Shown one piece after another: positions 61,513-64,000 of a DNA stretch of 64,000 bases. The stretch lies in assembly GCA_010093995.1 (NCBI GenBank), contig ML992504.1, positions 1,102,322-1,166,321 on the forward strand, given 5' to 3'. Source of the stretch: Elsinoe ampelina. Taxonomy: Eukaryota. The notes under the pieces are model-generated. The model saw only the letters and a program-made list of their open reading frames with translations. It was not told where the DNA came from and ran no database searches. Made by a program: the position numbers and the translations under genes. Each line of letters opens with the position of its first letter. Position 1 is the stretch's first letter.

Positions 61513-64000
61513 AGCCGAACTAGATACTATCTTAGACTCTAAGTTAGAGTAATCTAGATTAAGGGCTAAGCCTATCTTAGTAGCTAGATAAGGGTTACTC
61601 TATTATAGTGTAACTATTAGGGCGGGGTTAGCCCCTTTAGGTTTAGTACCGCACTAGAGTTTAGGTCGGCCTCTAGCTAGCGTAGTGCTACTAAGGGCTT
61701 AGTAGTACTAGTACTAGCTCCGCACCGTAGCTATAATAGCACTATACTAGCACTAGGTATAGGTTAGGTCGTATATATTCTAGACGTAGTATAGTACTAG
61801 GTTAAGTCGGTAAATAAGTAGTGTAGTACTATTAAGTCCTTAGCGTACTCTTACTAGTACTATACTAGAGTTACTATTCTTATAGTAAATTCTTATAGTA
61901 ACTACTATATCCTATAACTCTTGTTACTTTTCCGCTCTAAACGCTTAAAGTTATAGTAGGTAAAGGATACTAGAGAGAAGCAAAAGTTATTAATTATTAA
62001 CCCTTATATACAATTATAACCTAATAGTAATTTATAGAAGATTAACCTAATTAACATTATCTATATAACCCCTACGAGCCTATTTTATATACTTAGCTAG
62101 TAAGCTATATACTACCTAGAACTAATACCTTATTATCTTATTATCTACTTTATCCGGAGGATATTCTATCCTTAGTAAGTTTACCCTTATATAAATTATA
62201 AATCTTAACTAGTAAACCGGAGTACTAAAGCTATTAGGCAGAGTCTAAGACTAGAATAATTAGTTCTAGGTAGTTTAGTCTTCCTACTAACTTATAGTAC
62301 AGTTGCGGATTGCCTTAATACTATTAGATTACTAGTTAATAGTAAGTGTAAGGCCGTCTAGGGCCTTAATCTCTACCTAAAGGTTGTTAATAAATTTATA
62401 GTAAGTGATATTAGCCTAATAAATAATAGAGAGGCGAGTAGTAGACATAGTAGTAGATTTGCTTAAATTCTAGCAACTATTAGTATAAGTTATACTATAG
62501 CGATGTAAAGGCATACTAGATAGTTATTTAAATATTCCTAAGGAGAGAAAGAAGTAACTTAGCTAATAATCTACTTATATCTCTTAGTATAACAATAGCT
62601 ATTATTTAACAATAGCTATTGTTAGTATTGTCGTTTTTTTATAATAGACAATAGCTATTATCTATATTGTCGTTCTTATAATAGGTAACGCTAGATATAT
62701 ATACCTTTTAGTTACTATTTCTTCTTCTTCCTCTTAAACCTCTCTTTCTCGTCGTTCGATACCTCCTTCTATAATGCCTCCTTCTTACGCTTAACTCTAC
62801 CCCGACCTAGTAGATCTAATCCCCTTTTAGCCTTATAAGATAACTCCTAGTAACTACGCTAGGCCCTTATACCTACGTTAGTATAAAGCCTATATCCGCT
62901 ATATAACTCTTATATATCTTAACTTTAATAACAACTACAAAATCTAAGCCGAATATATCTATAATAACTATAGAGGTTCGGTACTTCGCTATAAAGCCTA
63001 CCGCACTTACGATACCTCTTACAACTTTATAGGTGTTTCTAATCTAATCTTTCTCTATAATCTAACGAATATTAGTATAATATCTTATAGACTAATAACA
63101 TCTTTAACCTAATTAACACATAGCGCGCTATTAATTGTCTTATTCTCGACAGAAGAGCAAATCCACTCTTACTCTTTACTATATACTATAATATTAAATA
63201 TAAGTAGGAGAAGTTAGATTATATCGACGATAGTGACAATAGTGTTTCTTCCGACAACTAATCTAATTAAGGTAGTATAGTCGAAGCGTCGGCAGGCTAA
63301 TAGCTTTAGATAGTTGTTAATAATATAGACTTACACTTTATAAAGACTTAATTACGTTACCTCTTTCCGTAAGTAACTAAAATTAACTATAATAACGGCG
63401 TATATAAGCTCTTAAAGTAGGAGTGTTTATATTACCTCTAGCTACACTAGTAGTTATATTACTACTCTAGGTAGCACTATTAGTACTAGCGGTAGAAGTA
63501 CCTCCCTCGTTATTCTCTTTACTATCGGTGTTATTCTAGAAAGTAACTTAACTATTATCGGGCTTAAACCTAGTAAGAAAGTCGGGAGTATAATAAGGTA
63601 GATATTAGTAATAGTATAGAGAGTAGCGTTAGTAATAAGTTAGCTAAGGTTGTAGGTACTATAGCGGGGGTAGTTATCGAGGTCAATAATAAGAGAAGTA
63701 GCGTAGAGATTAGTTATAGCTTTAGCCTTTACATTATAGTCGATCTATATAATTTCCTTATTAACGTTTTTATAAGCGGATCTAGCATAACTAACGTAGA
63801 TACAAATATAGTTATATTAAAGATACTAGCGAGTAAGGGAACGAGCTTCCTTAGGGTAGCTAACAAAGGAAGACTATTAGCATTAGTAGGTAGAATTATA
63901 TATAGTAATAGGGAAGGTACGCGTAGAAGTGCTTTAGAGTAGATATTAGTATAGATACTATAAGAGCGTTATTACTCGGAGGCTATTAACTAGATATGCT
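61513..64000. mobile_element. Further RIP-degenerate, probably nested, transposon-derived sequence; family not resolved
   Basis: AT-rich with strong TpA excess and CpA/TpG depletion, no ORFs of 60 aa or more, and local AACAATAGCTATT repeats at ~62590-62660. Confidence 0.6.

Overview
Filamentous ascomycete (Pezizomycotina) nuclear DNA; the class cannot be fixed from this window. A gene-dense island of about 58 kb is bracketed by two outward-facing, RIP-mutated Ty1/copia elements and interrupted by a RIP-killed piggyBac. It holds about 23 intron-containing genes: a GFA/CENP-V protein, veA, a fatty-acid-desaturase-like protein, an ADAM protease, a Yip1-family protein, a RAD5/16-like SNF2-RING helicase, LSB6 PI4-kinase, an AreB-type GATA factor, a GYP8 RabGAP, an Mms1/DDB1-like propeller, an Egt2-like PLP lyase, MED21, Ub-L40, a Tos4-like FHA factor, AcuM/Rds2, SPO22/ZIP4, an RCC1-repeat protein and an FMO. 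The main discovery is a tRNA-Gln(CUG) gene (minus strand, 11087-11238). Besides a canonical anticodon-loop intron, it carries a 47-nt spliceosomal-type intron (GTGAGC...CTGAT...CAG) inside the 3' strand of the acceptor stem, and only precise removal of that intron restores the 7-bp stem and the U73 discriminator. Other notable signals are a 52-aa Cys/His zinc-finger-like microprotein missed by the ORF track, about ten C-rich-to-G-rich skew switches independent of gene orientation, 30 TGGTAG copies clustered around one gene, and a GATA-site cluster inside an intron of the GATA-factor gene. Exon boundaries were read by eye and no database searches were run.
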